A stretch of DNA of 55,575 bases, from the NCBI GenBank assembly GCA_947624905.1, contig CANQMI010000001.1, positions 1 to 55,575 on the forward strand. Direction: 5' to 3'. Source of the DNA: an uncultured Clostridia bacterium. Its GTDB lineage: Bacteria; Bacillota; Clostridia; TANB77; CAG-508. A model generated the notes under the pieces. That model searched no databases and had not been told where the DNA came from. It worked only from the letters and a program-made list of their open reading frames with translations. Of this stretch, positions 40,860 to 52,257 are shown one piece after another (within the stretch, counting starts at the first letter, position 1; each line of letters opens with the position of its first letter). Position numbers and translations under genes: made by a program.

Positions 40860-41700
40860 TTATATATTCATTAATAAAACATAAGCAAGAGGTGCTATAA
40901 ATATTATGCTATCTATTCTATCTAAAATTCCTCCATGTCCTGGGATTAAATTACTGTAATCTTTTATTCCATTATATCTTTTTATGCTTGATGCTGAAAA
41001 ATCACCTACTTGACCTATTATGCTTAATACTAAAGAAATAAGTATAATATATATATATGATATATTAGTATAAAAATATGTATTACATATTATCGTATAT
41101 ATCAAGGAAACTACTACTGCTCCAATTGCACCAGCAATACATCCCTCAATAGATTTATTTGGACTTATCTTACTGAATTTATGTTTTTTTGTGTTAAAAG
41201 TTTTACCTGCAAGATATGCAAATACGTCTGTTGCCCATCCACATATAAATACATACCATATTAAAATTTCACCATTTTTTTGAGCATAAATTATTGGAAT
41301 AAACATTATAAGTACTGGTATATATAATATTCCAAAAATTGTAACAGCTCCATCTATTATGCTTGTTTTCATTCCAGAATTTAATACATGGAAAAATACA
41401 ACAAATACTGCAAATATTACTAAGCAAAACATCATATTAATCATATCTACATCAACACTTACTAGTGATGATTCTAGATGAAATAATCTAAGGATTGATA
41501 TACTTGCCGCTATTAAATATCCAATCCATCTGATTGGTTTTGCATTTTTACTTTTTTCGAATGCTCCAAAATATTCCTGCATTCCGTATTACCGCCACTA
41601 ATGCACAAACTATGTCTATAACCGTATTGTTTCCATATATTAATATTAATGCAATAATTGGTAATCCAAGTAGCGAAGTTAAAACTCTTTTAATATCCAC
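40860..41700 (-). CDS. cdsA: Phosphatidate cytidylyltransferase; requires one +1 event at an in-frame CGG
   Basis: GTG at 41700 after a GGAGG RBS gives (M)DIKRVLTSLLGLPIIALILIYG...AVI, then CGG. The +1 frame continues GMQEYFGAF... and carries the CdsA signature SxxKRxxGxKDxxxxxPGHGGxxDRxD (SSIKRYNGIKDYSNLIPGHGGILDRID). Confidence 0.85.
41583..41586 (-). other. +1 recoding site CGGA in cdsA
   Basis: GTG GCG GTA ATA C GGA ATG CAG GAA TAT TTT GGA gives VAVI-G-MQEYFG. The 0 frame stops 11 codons later. Confidence 0.7.
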
Positions 41701-41703
41701 GAA

Positions 41704-42405
41704 TTATTTACCTCCAAAATTTCTATTTCTTTTTTTAAAAGTTTCTATTGCCTCATCTAAATCCTGTTCGGAAAAATCTGGCCAATATTTATTTATAAAT
41801 ACAAATTCTGAATAAACTAACTGCCAAGGTAAAAAGTTGCTTAATCTTATTTCTCCACTAGTCCTGATTAATAAATCTGGATCAGGTTCATCCTTTGTAT
41901 AAAGATAGCTTGATACTAATTTTTCATTGATATCTTGAATTGTAATTTTATTTTCTTGAACATCTTTTGCAATGTTTTTTACTGCATTTGTTATTTCATC
42001 TCTTCCTCCGTAATTAAATGCTATACAAAGCTTTGTTCCCGTATTATTTTCCGTTTTTTTCATGGCTTTTTTTATTGCATCCTGTAAACTTTTTGGAAGA
42101 CTTTCTATGTGTCCAAATATTTTGACTTTTATATTTTCAACATCAACTGTTGCTATTAAATCATCCAAATAATTTTTAAAAAGCAACATCAATGCTGATA
42201 CTTCGTCATCACTTCTTTTCCAATTTTCGGTTGAAAATGCGTAAACCGTCATATATTTTATTCCAATTTTATTAGCATATCGTGTTATTCGTTTGAGAGT
42301 TTCTGCTCCCTCTTTGTGTCCCATACTGATGCTAATTCCATTTTCTCTTGCCCATCTTCGATTTCCATCCATTATTATTGCAATGTGGTTTGGAATTTCG
42401 TTCAT
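41704..42405 (-). CDS. uppS: Isoprenyl transferase (undecaprenyl diphosphate synthase)
   Basis: HIAIIMDGNRRWA, FSTENWKR, IRTSGE.RLSNFLPWQ. Confidence 0.9.
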   Translation of the reverse strand: MNEIPNHIAIIMDGNRRWARENGISISMGHKEGAETLKRITRYANKIGIKYMTVYAFSTENWKRSDDEVSALMLLFKNYLDDLIATVDVENIKVKIFGHIESLPKSLQDAIKKAMKKTENNTGTKLCIAFNYGGRDEITNAVKNIAKDVQENKITIQDINEKLVSSYLYTKDEPDPDLLIRTSGEIRLSNFLPWQLVYSEFVFINKYWPDFSEQDLDEAIETFKKRNRNFGGK

Positions 42406-42431
42406 GATTTTATAATTCTTCCCTTCTTGTT

Positions 42432-43322
42432 TTATTTTTCTCTATTCTTGATATATAATGCTAGTTCTTTTAAAAATTCTCCATTTGCTCCATATTTATC
42501 AATGATGAGTGTGGCCTCTGCTGTAATTTTTTCTAATATTTCTTTTGCCTTATCTAATCCATATTTTGTAACAAATGTTACTTTATTTTTTTCTCTGTCA
42601 TTGCCAACAGGTTTTCCAAGTATTTTTTCATCTCCGATTTCTGACAATATATCATCTTTTATTTGAAAAGCTAAACCTATTTTCTCAGCATAGCTCGTCA
42701 AAATATCTAAATCTTGATCACTTGAATCAGCAAGTATTGCACCTATTCTAACTGAAGCTTTTATGAGAGCTCCTGTTTTATTATTGTGCATATATTCCAA
42801 ATACTCATTAGAAATTTCCTGTCCTTCGAATTCTGTATCAACATATTCTCCAGCTATCATTCTATCGGTTCCATGGGTTATTTCATTGAATACACGAATT
42901 TTCTTTTTTAATTCATTATCATCTGATGTATTTAAAATGTCTTGACTTATTACTTGATACGCACCATTTAAAAGAGCATCTCCTGCAAGAATTGCAGTTA
43001 CTTCGCCAAATTTTTTGTGATTCGTAGGCTTTCCATGTCTTATATCATCATTATCTAATGCTGGCAAATCATCATGGATAAGCGAAAAATTGTGAATCAT
43101 TTCCATGGCTATCGCAAATGGAAATACTTTCTCATAATCATCTTGAAATAGTTGATATGAAGATATCATAAGTATAGGTCTTAATCTTTTAGCAGAACTG
43201 ATTAAACTATATTCCATTGAGTCATTTAGAATTTTTTCTGGGCATTCTTCTCTTCTAACATATTTTTCAAGTTCTGAGTTTATAATATCTGCATATTTTT
43301 TTAATTTTTCATTAAAATCCAT
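42432..43322 (-). CDS. ispA: Polyprenyl (farnesyl/geranylgeranyl) diphosphate synthase
   Basis: First DDxxD region LIHDDLPALDNDDIRHGKPTNH, and the second Asp-rich motif FQIKDDIL. Confidence 0.85.
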   Translation of the reverse strand: MDFNEKLKKYADIINSELEKYVRREECPEKILNDSMEYSLISSAKRLRPILMISSYQLFQDDYEKVFPFAIAMEMIHNFSLIHDDLPALDNDDIRHGKPTNHKKFGEVTAILAGDALLNGAYQVISQDILNTSDDNELKKKIRVFNEITHGTDRMIAGEYVDTEFEGQEISNEYLEYMHNNKTGALIKASVRIGAILADSSDQDLDILTSYAEKIGLAFQIKDDILSEIGDEKILGKPVGNDREKNKVTFVTKYGLDKAKEILEKITAEATLIIDKYGANGEFLKELALYIKNREK

Positions 43323-43345
43323 TTTTGATTCTCCATTAAATATAG

Positions 43346-43894
43346 CTATATTTTCATTATTTCTTGTTCTTTGTTTTCAAGTATTTTATCTATTTCTTCT
43401 ATTTTTTTATCTGTTATTTTTTGTATTTGATTTTCTGCATTTCTTAAATCGTCTTCTGTCATTTCTCCATCTTTTTCAGATTGTTTTGCCTCGTCAATTC
43501 CATCTCTTCTTATAGAACGAATAGATACTTTTGCTTCTTCAGCTGTTTTTCTTATATCTTTTACAATCTCTTTTCTTCTTTCTTCATTAAGTTCAGGGAA
43601 AGACAATCTTATAACTTTACCATCATTATTTGGAGTAATTCCTATATCTGATGCAAGAATTGCTTTTTCTATTTCTTTCAAAATACTCATATCCCAAGGT
43701 TGTATAACTATTAATCTTGCTTCTGGAACAGATATTCCTGCTACTTGATTTATTGGAGTTGGTGTTCCATAGTAATCTACCTTGACTTTATTTAATATTG
43801 CTGGGTTTGCCCTTCCTGCTCTAACTTCGGCAAAGTTTTCTTGTAAAACACTTATTGTTTTATTCATCTTTTCTTCAATTTTACTAAAATCCAT
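43346..43894 (-). CDS. frr: Ribosome recycling factor
   Basis: 182 aa, ...VRAGRANPAILNKVKVDYYGTPTPINQVAGISVPEARLIVIQPWD.... Confidence 0.92.
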   Translation of the reverse strand: MDFSKIEEKMNKTISVLQENFAEVRAGRANPAILNKVKVDYYGTPTPINQVAGISVPEARLIVIQPWDMSILKEIEKAILASDIGITPNNDGKVIRLSFPELNEERRKEIVKDIRKTAEEAKVSIRSIRRDGIDEAKQSEKDGEMTEDDLRNAENQIQKITDKKIEEIDKILENKEQEIMKI

Positions 43895-43941
43895 ATAAAT
43901 TTCCTTTCATTTAATTAATTTTATTGAATTGATACTTCATT

Positions 43942-44649
43942 TTATTCAACTATTGTACCAATATTTTCACCCTTGACTACTTTTACAATGTTTTCTGGAT
44001 CAGCTATTGCAAATACTCTAAGAGGAATATGATTATCTCTGCACAATGATGTTGCAGTTGAATCCATTACTTTCAAATCTTGATTTAATATATCAAGATA
44101 TGTAATTTTATCATATTTAACAGCTTTAGGATCTATCTTAGGATCAGCTGAATATACAGCATCTATTGTTTTTGCAAGCAATATAACTTCTGCATCTATT
44201 TCTGCTGCTCTTAATGCTGCTGCTGTATCTGTCGTAAAATATGGGTTACCTGTTCCACAAGCAAAAATCACTACTCTTCCATTTTCTAAATGTTTTATTG
44301 CTTTTCTTTTGATGTATGGCTCAGCTATTTGTCTCATTTCAATTGCTGTTTGTAGTCTTGTTTTAACGCCTCTTGATTCAAGTGTATCTTGAAGTGCTAA
44401 ACCATTCATCGCAGTTGCGAGCATTCCCATGTAGTCAGAAGTTGTTCTCTCCATTTGATGTCCATACTTACCTCTCCAAAAGTTTCCTCCTCCTACAACT
44501 ATTCCTACTTGTACTCCTAGGTCAACTACTTTTTTTATTTGATCACAGATACTTCCAATTACATCTGCATATACTCCTGTTTTATTATCTCCAGCTAGTG
44601 CTTCTCCACTTAGTTTTAATAATATTCGTTTGTATTTTGCTTCGCTCAT
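43942..44649 (-). CDS. pyrH: UMP kinase
   Basis: [43 protein letters not shown]. Confidence 0.92.
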   Translation of the reverse strand: MSEAKYKRILLKLSGEALAGDNKTGVYADVIGSICDQIKKVVDLGVQVGIVVGGGNFWRGKYGHQMERTTSDYMGMLATAMNGLALQDTLESRGVKTRLQTAIEMRQIAEPYIKRKAIKHLENGRVVIFACGTGNPYFTTDTAAALRAAEIDAEVILLAKTIDAVYSADPKIDPKAVKYDKITYLDILNQDLKVMDSTATSLCRDNHIPLRVFAIADPENIVKVVKGENIGTIVE

Positions 44650-44773
44650 TTTAATAATCTTCCTTTCATTATTTAATTTCTTTTTTATTTTACCATAAAT
44701 TAATTCATTTTTGTTAATTTTTTTAAAATTTTATTAAAATAATAATTTTGAAAATTTAAAAGCAAAAATATAG

Positions 44774-45367
44774 TTATTTATACATATTATTTTTCAAGAT
44801 ATAATCTAATATTTCTTTTGAGATTAAATCATTGTTTTTTATATTATTTTCCTTGATATTTTTTCTAACATCAGTTGCTCTAAAATTTTTATAATCATTG
44901 TTTTCTATTATCTGTATTTTGTTTTTATATTTATCAACTAAATGATTTTCATCTATAAATTTATTTATAGCAATGTGTTCCCTTTCAAAAACTATGTAGT
45001 TGTAATTAGCTAGTTCATCAGTGTCTTTCCAATTTGCAATATTTATAAAATTATCAGCACCCATTATAAAGTATATATCATCCTGTTTATATTGATTTTC
45101 AATTAATCTAAACGCATCAATTGCGAATAATTCTTGATTTGTGTTTAATTCTATATCAGATACTTCTAATCCATCTTGATTTTTACATAGAATTTCAAGC
45201 ATATTATATCTATCTTGAGCATGTGCTAAATCTTTTTTTGGATAAAAATCTCCAACAGGCACAAATACTACTTTATCAAGTTTGCACTTTTCTTTTGCCA
45301 TTTTAACTAAGTTTAAATGAGCATTTGTAGGAGGATTGAAGCATCCACCGAAAAAGCCGATTTTCAT
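44774..45367 (-). CDS. nadD: Nicotinate-nucleotide adenylyltransferase
   Basis: MKIGFFGGCFNPPTNAHL (the GGxFxPxHxGH motif) and the ...SATDVR-like RATDVR. Confidence 0.85.
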   Translation of the reverse strand: MKIGFFGGCFNPPTNAHLNLVKMAKEKCKLDKVVFVPVGDFYPKKDLAHAQDRYNMLEILCKNQDGLEVSDIELNTNQELFAIDAFRLIENQYKQDDIYFIMGADNFINIANWKDTDELANYNYIVFEREHIAINKFIDENHLVDKYKNKIQIIENNDYKNFRATDVRKNIKENNIKNNDLISKEILDYILKNNMYK

Positions 45368-45369
45368 AT

Positions 45370-46041
45370 TTATAATATTTCCTTTACTATATTAAAAATT
45401 TCTTCTCCTATATCTTCTCTTGTTCTTACATTTCCATCCTTGATACATTGAATTTCAGACCAGCCATATATCTTAGCAAGTTCACATGCTGCATTATAGC
45501 TATCTTCCAAATGCTTTATGTTACTCTCGTGTATATCTTTTTTTGCATTTTGGTCAAATTTATTTTTTCTATTTTGAGTCAATTTCATGGAATATTCAAC
45601 AGGCATATTCAAGAAAAATACTTTTGATGGAATTGGAATTTTGTATATATTAAATTCTAAATCCCAAAGCCAATCTAAAAATTTTTTTCTTTCATCCTTA
45701 TCTTTTATTTTACCTGCTTGATGTACCATATTTGCTGTCGTGTATCTGTCAGCTAATATTAATCCACCATTTTCATAGTATTCTTGAAATTCTTTTTTAT
45801 ATGTAGCATATCTATCTACTGCATAAAAAGTTGATGCAATATATGGACTAATAGATTGTGCATCTTGGCCAAATTCACCCGATAAGTACATTTTAACTAG
45901 ACTTGATGAAGGTGAATCATAATTAGGAAATTCCACTTTCTTATATTCTATATTTTCTTTTTCTAAATTTTTTTCAAGTATTTCAAGTTGAGTTTGTTTT
46001 CCACTACCATCAGTGCCATCTATTACAATTAATTTTCCCAT
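45370..46041 (-). CDS. tmk: dTMP kinase
   Basis: GKLIVIDGTDGSGKQTQ (P-loop) and DRY. The likely start is MGKL at 46041; the track ORF extends into the upstream hairpin. Confidence 0.8.
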   Translation of the reverse strand: MGKLIVIDGTDGSGKQTQLEILEKNLEKENIEYKKVEFPNYDSPSSSLVKMYLSGEFGQDAQSISPYIASTFYAVDRYATYKKEFQEYYENGGLILADRYTTANMVHQAGKIKDKDERKKFLDWLWDLEFNIYKIPIPSKVFFLNMPVEYSMKLTQNRKNKFDQNAKKDIHESNIKHLEDSYNAACELAKIYGWSEIQCIKDGNVRTREDIGEEIFNIVKEIL

Positions 46042-46079
46042 ATATACCGCATCCTTTGCTTGAATATAATTCAAAAATA

Positions 46080-46173
46080 GGGACAATAATATATCCTTGA
46101 AAGATGTTTTATATTTGCTTCTCTTTTGTTAGTCATTGGGATGCACATCTTTGCAAATACATATTATTGTCCC
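46080..46173 (-). other. Long imperfect hairpin (about 94 nt) in the metG-tmk spacer, followed by a U-tract
   Basis: GGGACAATAATAT (46080-46092) pairs with ATATTATTGTCCC (46161-46173). The inner arms TTGAAAGATGT / ACATCTTTGCAA also pair. On the minus strand it is followed by TATTTTTG. Confidence 0.4.
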
Positions 46174-46182
46174 ACTTATTTA

Positions 46183-47772
<1,590 letters not shown>

Positions 47773-47795
47773 TTAAATGTCCTTTCTCATAAAAC

Positions 47796-48143
47796 CTAAA
47801 TTTTTTTCCAGAACCACTCTAAACTATCATCTATGCTCTTTTTATTTTTTACTTTTGCTTCAATATCATCTATCCAAAGATATGCTAAGTAGCTTACTAA
47901 AACAAATGCAAAATCATAAATTATTGATGTAGATAATATAGCAGTATAATTTGCATAAGCATCTGTAAATACATATAATTGAACTGCGTGTAAGACTATC
48001 AATAATGTTGATAATCCTAATGCGATACCTGGTGCAATTGAATTTTTTAATTCATGTCCTAAAAATATTAATGCAACTAAAACTGCTACACATAACAATG
48101 TAGTTAATGGTTGTGTTAAATCTATTACTAACATAATTTTCAC
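47796..48143 (-). CDS. Small hypothetical membrane protein (3-4 TM segments)
   Basis: 115 aa hydrophobic ORF, tightly spaced in the same orientation as its neighbours. Confidence 0.4.
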   Translation of the reverse strand: MKIMLVIDLTQPLTTLLCVAVLVALIFLGHELKNSIAPGIALGLSTLLIVLHAVQLYVFTDAYANYTAILSTSIIYDFAFVLVSYLAYLWIDDIEAKVKNKKSIDDSLEWFWKKI

Positions 48144-48222
48144 TCCTTTTATTTTCTTTTGTTTTTATGATATTATTATATATGTTTTGCTATATTATTT
48201 GCAATAGTTTTTTTAAAGTTTT

Positions 48223-50868
48223 TTAATTTTCTTTTGTTTCTGCTTCTGACATATCTTCTTTTACTTCTGTTTCTGATACATCTTCCGTTTCTGATTTATT
48301 TTCTTTTGTTTCTGATGTTATCCATTTTACAAGATTTAAATTTTGAACATCAAGTATCATTTCATGCTTTGGCATTATTCTAAATGTATATCCGTAGTTT
48401 CCTCCAGTTGTTAATTCTATTTTTGCTTTATATTCATTTGAATCTTTATCTATTCTTTCCATTTCTGTAATTTTTATATCTTCTAATATTCCGGCATCTA
48501 AAACTTTTCCTGAATAAACTTGTACAGAAATATTGTCTGGATTAATATTTTGCATATCTACTTTGCATCTTACTTCAATATTGTTTCCTGCATCTATTGT
48601 TACATTATCTAAGTTATTTGATTGTGTAATCTGAATTTTGTCCCATCTATTTTTTATTTCATCTATCCAAGCATTTAAATTTGCAACATTTTCAAGTTCT
48701 GAATAATATTTATTATATAAGTTGCATAGTGGTAAATATAATTTTTCTGTATATTCTAATACCATTCTTGATGTACTATATTTCCATCCGTTAGATGTAA
48801 TAGAATTTTTCATTATTTTTACCCATTCCTTAGAAAAATTCTCTCCATCTTCTTGACTATAATAAGCAGGGATAATTTTATTTTCAAGTGTATTATATAT
48901 GCTCTGGCAATCTTCATCATCTTGAAGACTATATGAATCATAATCTTGGTTTTTACCAATTATCCATCCATTTTCTTTGTTATATCCTTCAACCCACCAA
49001 CCATCTAATATTGAGAAGTTTATAACACCATTTATTGCTGCTTTTTGTCCACTTGTTCCTGAAGCTTCCATAGGTCTTCTTGGATTATTTAACCAAACAT
49101 CAACTCCACTTATTAAATGTCTTGACATTGCAATATCATAATCTTCAAGTAGGAATATTTTACCTTTAAATTGTGGTTTCATAGAAATTTCATGTATTTG
49201 TCTAATTAGTTCTTGTCCTTCTATATCATGAGGATGAGCTTTACCAGCAAATATTATTTGTACTGGTGTATTACTATTATTTAATATTTGAGTTATTCTT
49301 TCTAAATCTCTAAATATCAAAGTTGCTCTTTTATATGTTGCAAATCTTCTAGCGAATCCTATAGTCAATTTATCTGGACTTAGTTTAGAAACTATCTCCA
49401 TTATTTCTTCATATCTTACACCATTTCTTCTAAGTCTATTTATAGTATTTTCTCTAACTAATTTCATGAGTTTGACTTTTCTTTGGTAGTGTGCATCCCA
49501 CAATTCTCTATCTGGGATATTGTTAATCTTCTTCCATGTGTTTTCCAAATGAATATTATCTTGCCAATATGGAGTTAAATATTTATTATATAGTTCTTTT
49601 AGTGAAGGAGCTAGCCATGAGCAAGTATGTATTCCGTTTGTTACATATGTAATTGGTGATTCATTTGCTGCAATATCTGGCCAAACGTCTCCGAATAATT
49701 CTCTTGAAACTCCACCATGAAGTTTGCTAACTCCATTCTTTTTGCCTGAAATTTTAAGAGCAAATATTCCCATATTAAATCCAGGTTCCATCTCTTTTTT
49801 TGGATTCATTCCAAGTCTTAAAAATTCTTCTCTTTCTATACCAAGTCTTGGCCAGAAATTTTTGAAGTATTTTTCCATTAATTCTACTGGGAATATATCA
49901 TTTCCTGCTGGAACTGGTGTATGTGTTGTAAATACAGTCTTTGATGAAACTATTGTCATTGCGTTTCTGAATGATATTTGTTTTTCTTCTACTAATTTTC
50001 TTGAAAGTTCAAGAAGCATGAATGCAGAATGTCCTTCATTCATGTGGTAAACAGTTGGTTTTAATCCTAATCTATCTAATAGGTTTGTACCTGCCATACC
50101 TAAAACTATTTCTTGTCTTATTCTTGTCTCTTGATCTCCACCATATAATACTTGTGTTATTTCTCTAAAATCTTGATCTGTATTTTCATCTATATCTGAA
50201 TCTAAAAGATATAGTTTAACTCTTCCTACATTTATTTGCCATACTTTCAAATATAGTCTTTTGCGTTGTATCCTTGAGTCAATTATTAAATCATTTCCTT
50301 TTTCATCTTTTACAGGAGTAATTGGAAGATTCTCTAATTCTATATCTTTATATACGTTTTCTTGCCTTCCCTCTCTATTTATTACTTGATGGAAAAATCC
50401 TTTTCTGTATAAAAGACCTACTCCAACTAGTGGAACTCCTAAATCACTTGCTGATTTTAGATGGTCTCCTGAAAGTATTCCAAGTCCACCTGAATATATT
50501 GGAACAGTCTCATCTAGTCCATATTCAGCTGAGAAGTATGCAATCAAGTCGTTTTTATTATCTGGATATTTTTTTGAAAATAATGTGTTTTTGCTATTCA
50601 TATATCCTTCAAAATTTTCAACTATTCTATCATATTCTTTCAAAAAATCAGAATTTTTGGCATATTCTTCTAGTTTTTCTTGTGGTACCATTTTCAAGAA
50701 TTTAACTGGGTTTTTTCCTATATTTTCCCATAAATCTATATCAATCATTTTAAATAATTTTAGAAAATCAGAATTCCATGACCACCATAGGTTATTTGCG
50801 ATAACTGAAAGTTTTTCTATCCTTTTTGGCAGTTGTGGGTTTACTGTTATTTTATTGAATAAATACAT
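48223..50868 (-). CDS. glgP: Alpha-glucan phosphorylase (GT35, GlgP family with a DUF3417-type N-terminus) and an acidic C-terminal tail
   Basis: AYFSAEYG..E..PIYSGGLGILSGDHLKSASDLG, MNEGHSAF, GFARRFATYKR, EASGTSGQKA (the PLP-Lys region). Confidence 0.85.
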   Translation of the reverse strand: MYLFNKITVNPQLPKRIEKLSVIANNLWWSWNSDFLKLFKMIDIDLWENIGKNPVKFLKMVPQEKLEEYAKNSDFLKEYDRIVENFEGYMNSKNTLFSKKYPDNKNDLIAYFSAEYGLDETVPIYSGGLGILSGDHLKSASDLGVPLVGVGLLYRKGFFHQVINREGRQENVYKDIELENLPITPVKDEKGNDLIIDSRIQRKRLYLKVWQINVGRVKLYLLDSDIDENTDQDFREITQVLYGGDQETRIRQEIVLGMAGTNLLDRLGLKPTVYHMNEGHSAFMLLELSRKLVEEKQISFRNAMTIVSSKTVFTTHTPVPAGNDIFPVELMEKYFKNFWPRLGIEREEFLRLGMNPKKEMEPGFNMGIFALKISGKKNGVSKLHGGVSRELFGDVWPDIAANESPITYVTNGIHTCSWLAPSLKELYNKYLTPYWQDNIHLENTWKKINNIPDRELWDAHYQRKVKLMKLVRENTINRLRRNGVRYEEIMEIVSKLSPDKLTIGFARRFATYKRATLIFRDLERITQILNNSNTPVQIIFAGKAHPHDIEGQELIRQIHEISMKPQFKGKIFLLEDYDIAMSRHLISGVDVWLNNPRRPMEASGTSGQKAAINGVINFSILDGWWVEGYNKENGWIIGKNQDYDSYSLQDDEDCQSIYNTLENKIIPAYYSQEDGENFSKEWVKIMKNSITSNGWKYSTSRMVLEYTEKLYLPLCNLYNKYYSELENVANLNAWIDEIKNRWDKIQITQSNNLDNVTIDAGNNIEVRCKVDMQNINPDNISVQVYSGKVLDAGILEDIKITEMERIDKDSNEYKAKIELTTGGNYGYTFRIMPKHEMILDVQNLNLVKWITSETKENKSETEDVSETEVKEDMSEAETKEN

Positions 50869-51032
50869 AAAAATTTCCTCCTTTGTTTATTTAAAAAATC
50901 TTTTGTATCCAATATATTTATTATCTATTAAAACATGAAAAAAGTCAATAGAAATTTTATTATTCTTCTACATTATTTTTATAGTATTTGTCAAATTTTT
51001 ATCACATTATGCTTGTAATATGTTTTAATACA

Positions 51033-51068
51033 ATAAAAATAAAATCTTACATACGCATGTAAGATTTT
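51033..51068 (-). terminator. Intrinsic terminator after the LCP gene
   Basis: AAAATCTTACAT-(4 nt)-ATGTAAGATTTT, with a U-run on the minus strand. Confidence 0.65.
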
Positions 51069-51077
51069 ATTTTTATT

Positions 51078-52169
51078 TTACTTGTATCCCGTTGTTTTCG
51101 TGATTAAATCGCTTATTGACTGAACCGTTGCTGATGGTTCATAATCTTCTTCGTCAAATAAATATTCATGTAATTCTTTTACTTGGTTTGCTAAATTAAC
51201 TGGTGCTCCATACCATACAGTTCCTGGTTGATATCCTTTAATTCCACCATTTTCACTGTCAGGCCATCCTCTTGTTTCTGCTATATTGTATGAAGTTGCA
51301 TTTTTTAATAGTTCGAATATTCGTTGAGTTGAAATATTTGTTGATATTTCGTCTAGCACTTTATCTGCTATTGTATTTAATTGTACAAGATTCATTGTTT
51401 TTACTTTTTCAAATACTTTATTTAGCACTGTTCTTTGTCTTTCTGTTCTCTTGTAGTCTCCACCTGATGTATATCTTATTCTTGAATATGCTAATGCTTG
51501 TACACCATCAAGGTGATAATTTCCACCTTTTGTAATTTGTTTAGATGAATGATGTGTAACTCTGTTTATTTCCTTGATATAAGTATTTATATATTTTGCT
51601 TCTTCATTTGATATTTCCATATCAATTCCACCAACGGCGTCTACTACATCTACTACAACTTCGAAGTTAACTGCAACATATTCAGTGATATCTAAGTCTA
51701 GATTAGTGTTAATTGCACTTAAAGAAGCTTTTGCTCCTCCTTTTCCGAAAGCATGAGTTATCTTATCTAATGAGTTTCCAACTTTTAAATAACAGTCTCT
51801 ATAAACTGATGCAATTTTGACATCTTTTGTATCTTGATTTATACTTACTATCATTATTGAGTCGCTTAGTGTTCCTGTATATGTGTTGTTTCTTGAATCC
51901 ACTCCAAGTAAAAGTATATTCAAATATCCATGATATTCTGGTACATCTGCATTTATTTCTATTTCATTTTTATCTATTACTTCACGATTCAATCTTGAAT
52001 ACTTACTATATACATAACCTACAAATACTCCTGCTAAAATGACAATAATTACCAATAATAAAATTACTGTTTTCAAGAATAGATGTCTCTTCTTTTTTTT
52101 GCCACCTTTTCTTTTTTTAGTCTTGATATTATCTTCGTCTTCTTTTGTTTTCATTCTTTTTGCTCCCAT
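51078..52169 (-). CDS. LytR-CpsA-Psr (LCP) family cell-wall glycopolymer transferase
   Basis: Basic N-terminus plus a TM segment. LNILLLGVDSR....LSDSIMIVSIN, AYSRIRY....DY.R..RQR. Confidence 0.8.
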   Translation of the reverse strand: MGAKRMKTKEDEDNIKTKKRKGGKKKKRHLFLKTVILLLVIIVILAGVFVGYVYSKYSRLNREVIDKNEIEINADVPEYHGYLNILLLGVDSRNNTYTGTLSDSIMIVSINQDTKDVKIASVYRDCYLKVGNSLDKITHAFGKGGAKASLSAINTNLDLDITEYVAVNFEVVVDVVDAVGGIDMEISNEEAKYINTYIKEINRVTHHSSKQITKGGNYHLDGVQALAYSRIRYTSGGDYKRTERQRTVLNKVFEKVKTMNLVQLNTIADKVLDEISTNISTQRIFELLKNATSYNIAETRGWPDSENGGIKGYQPGTVWYGAPVNLANQVKELHEYLFDEEDYEPSATVQSISDLITKTTGYK

Positions 52170-52257
52170 AGTCTCTCCTTTTGTATATCAATTTTTTATT
52201 TATTCATTATATCTCATATTTTCATAAAAATCAACAAAATACACATAGAATTTACAA

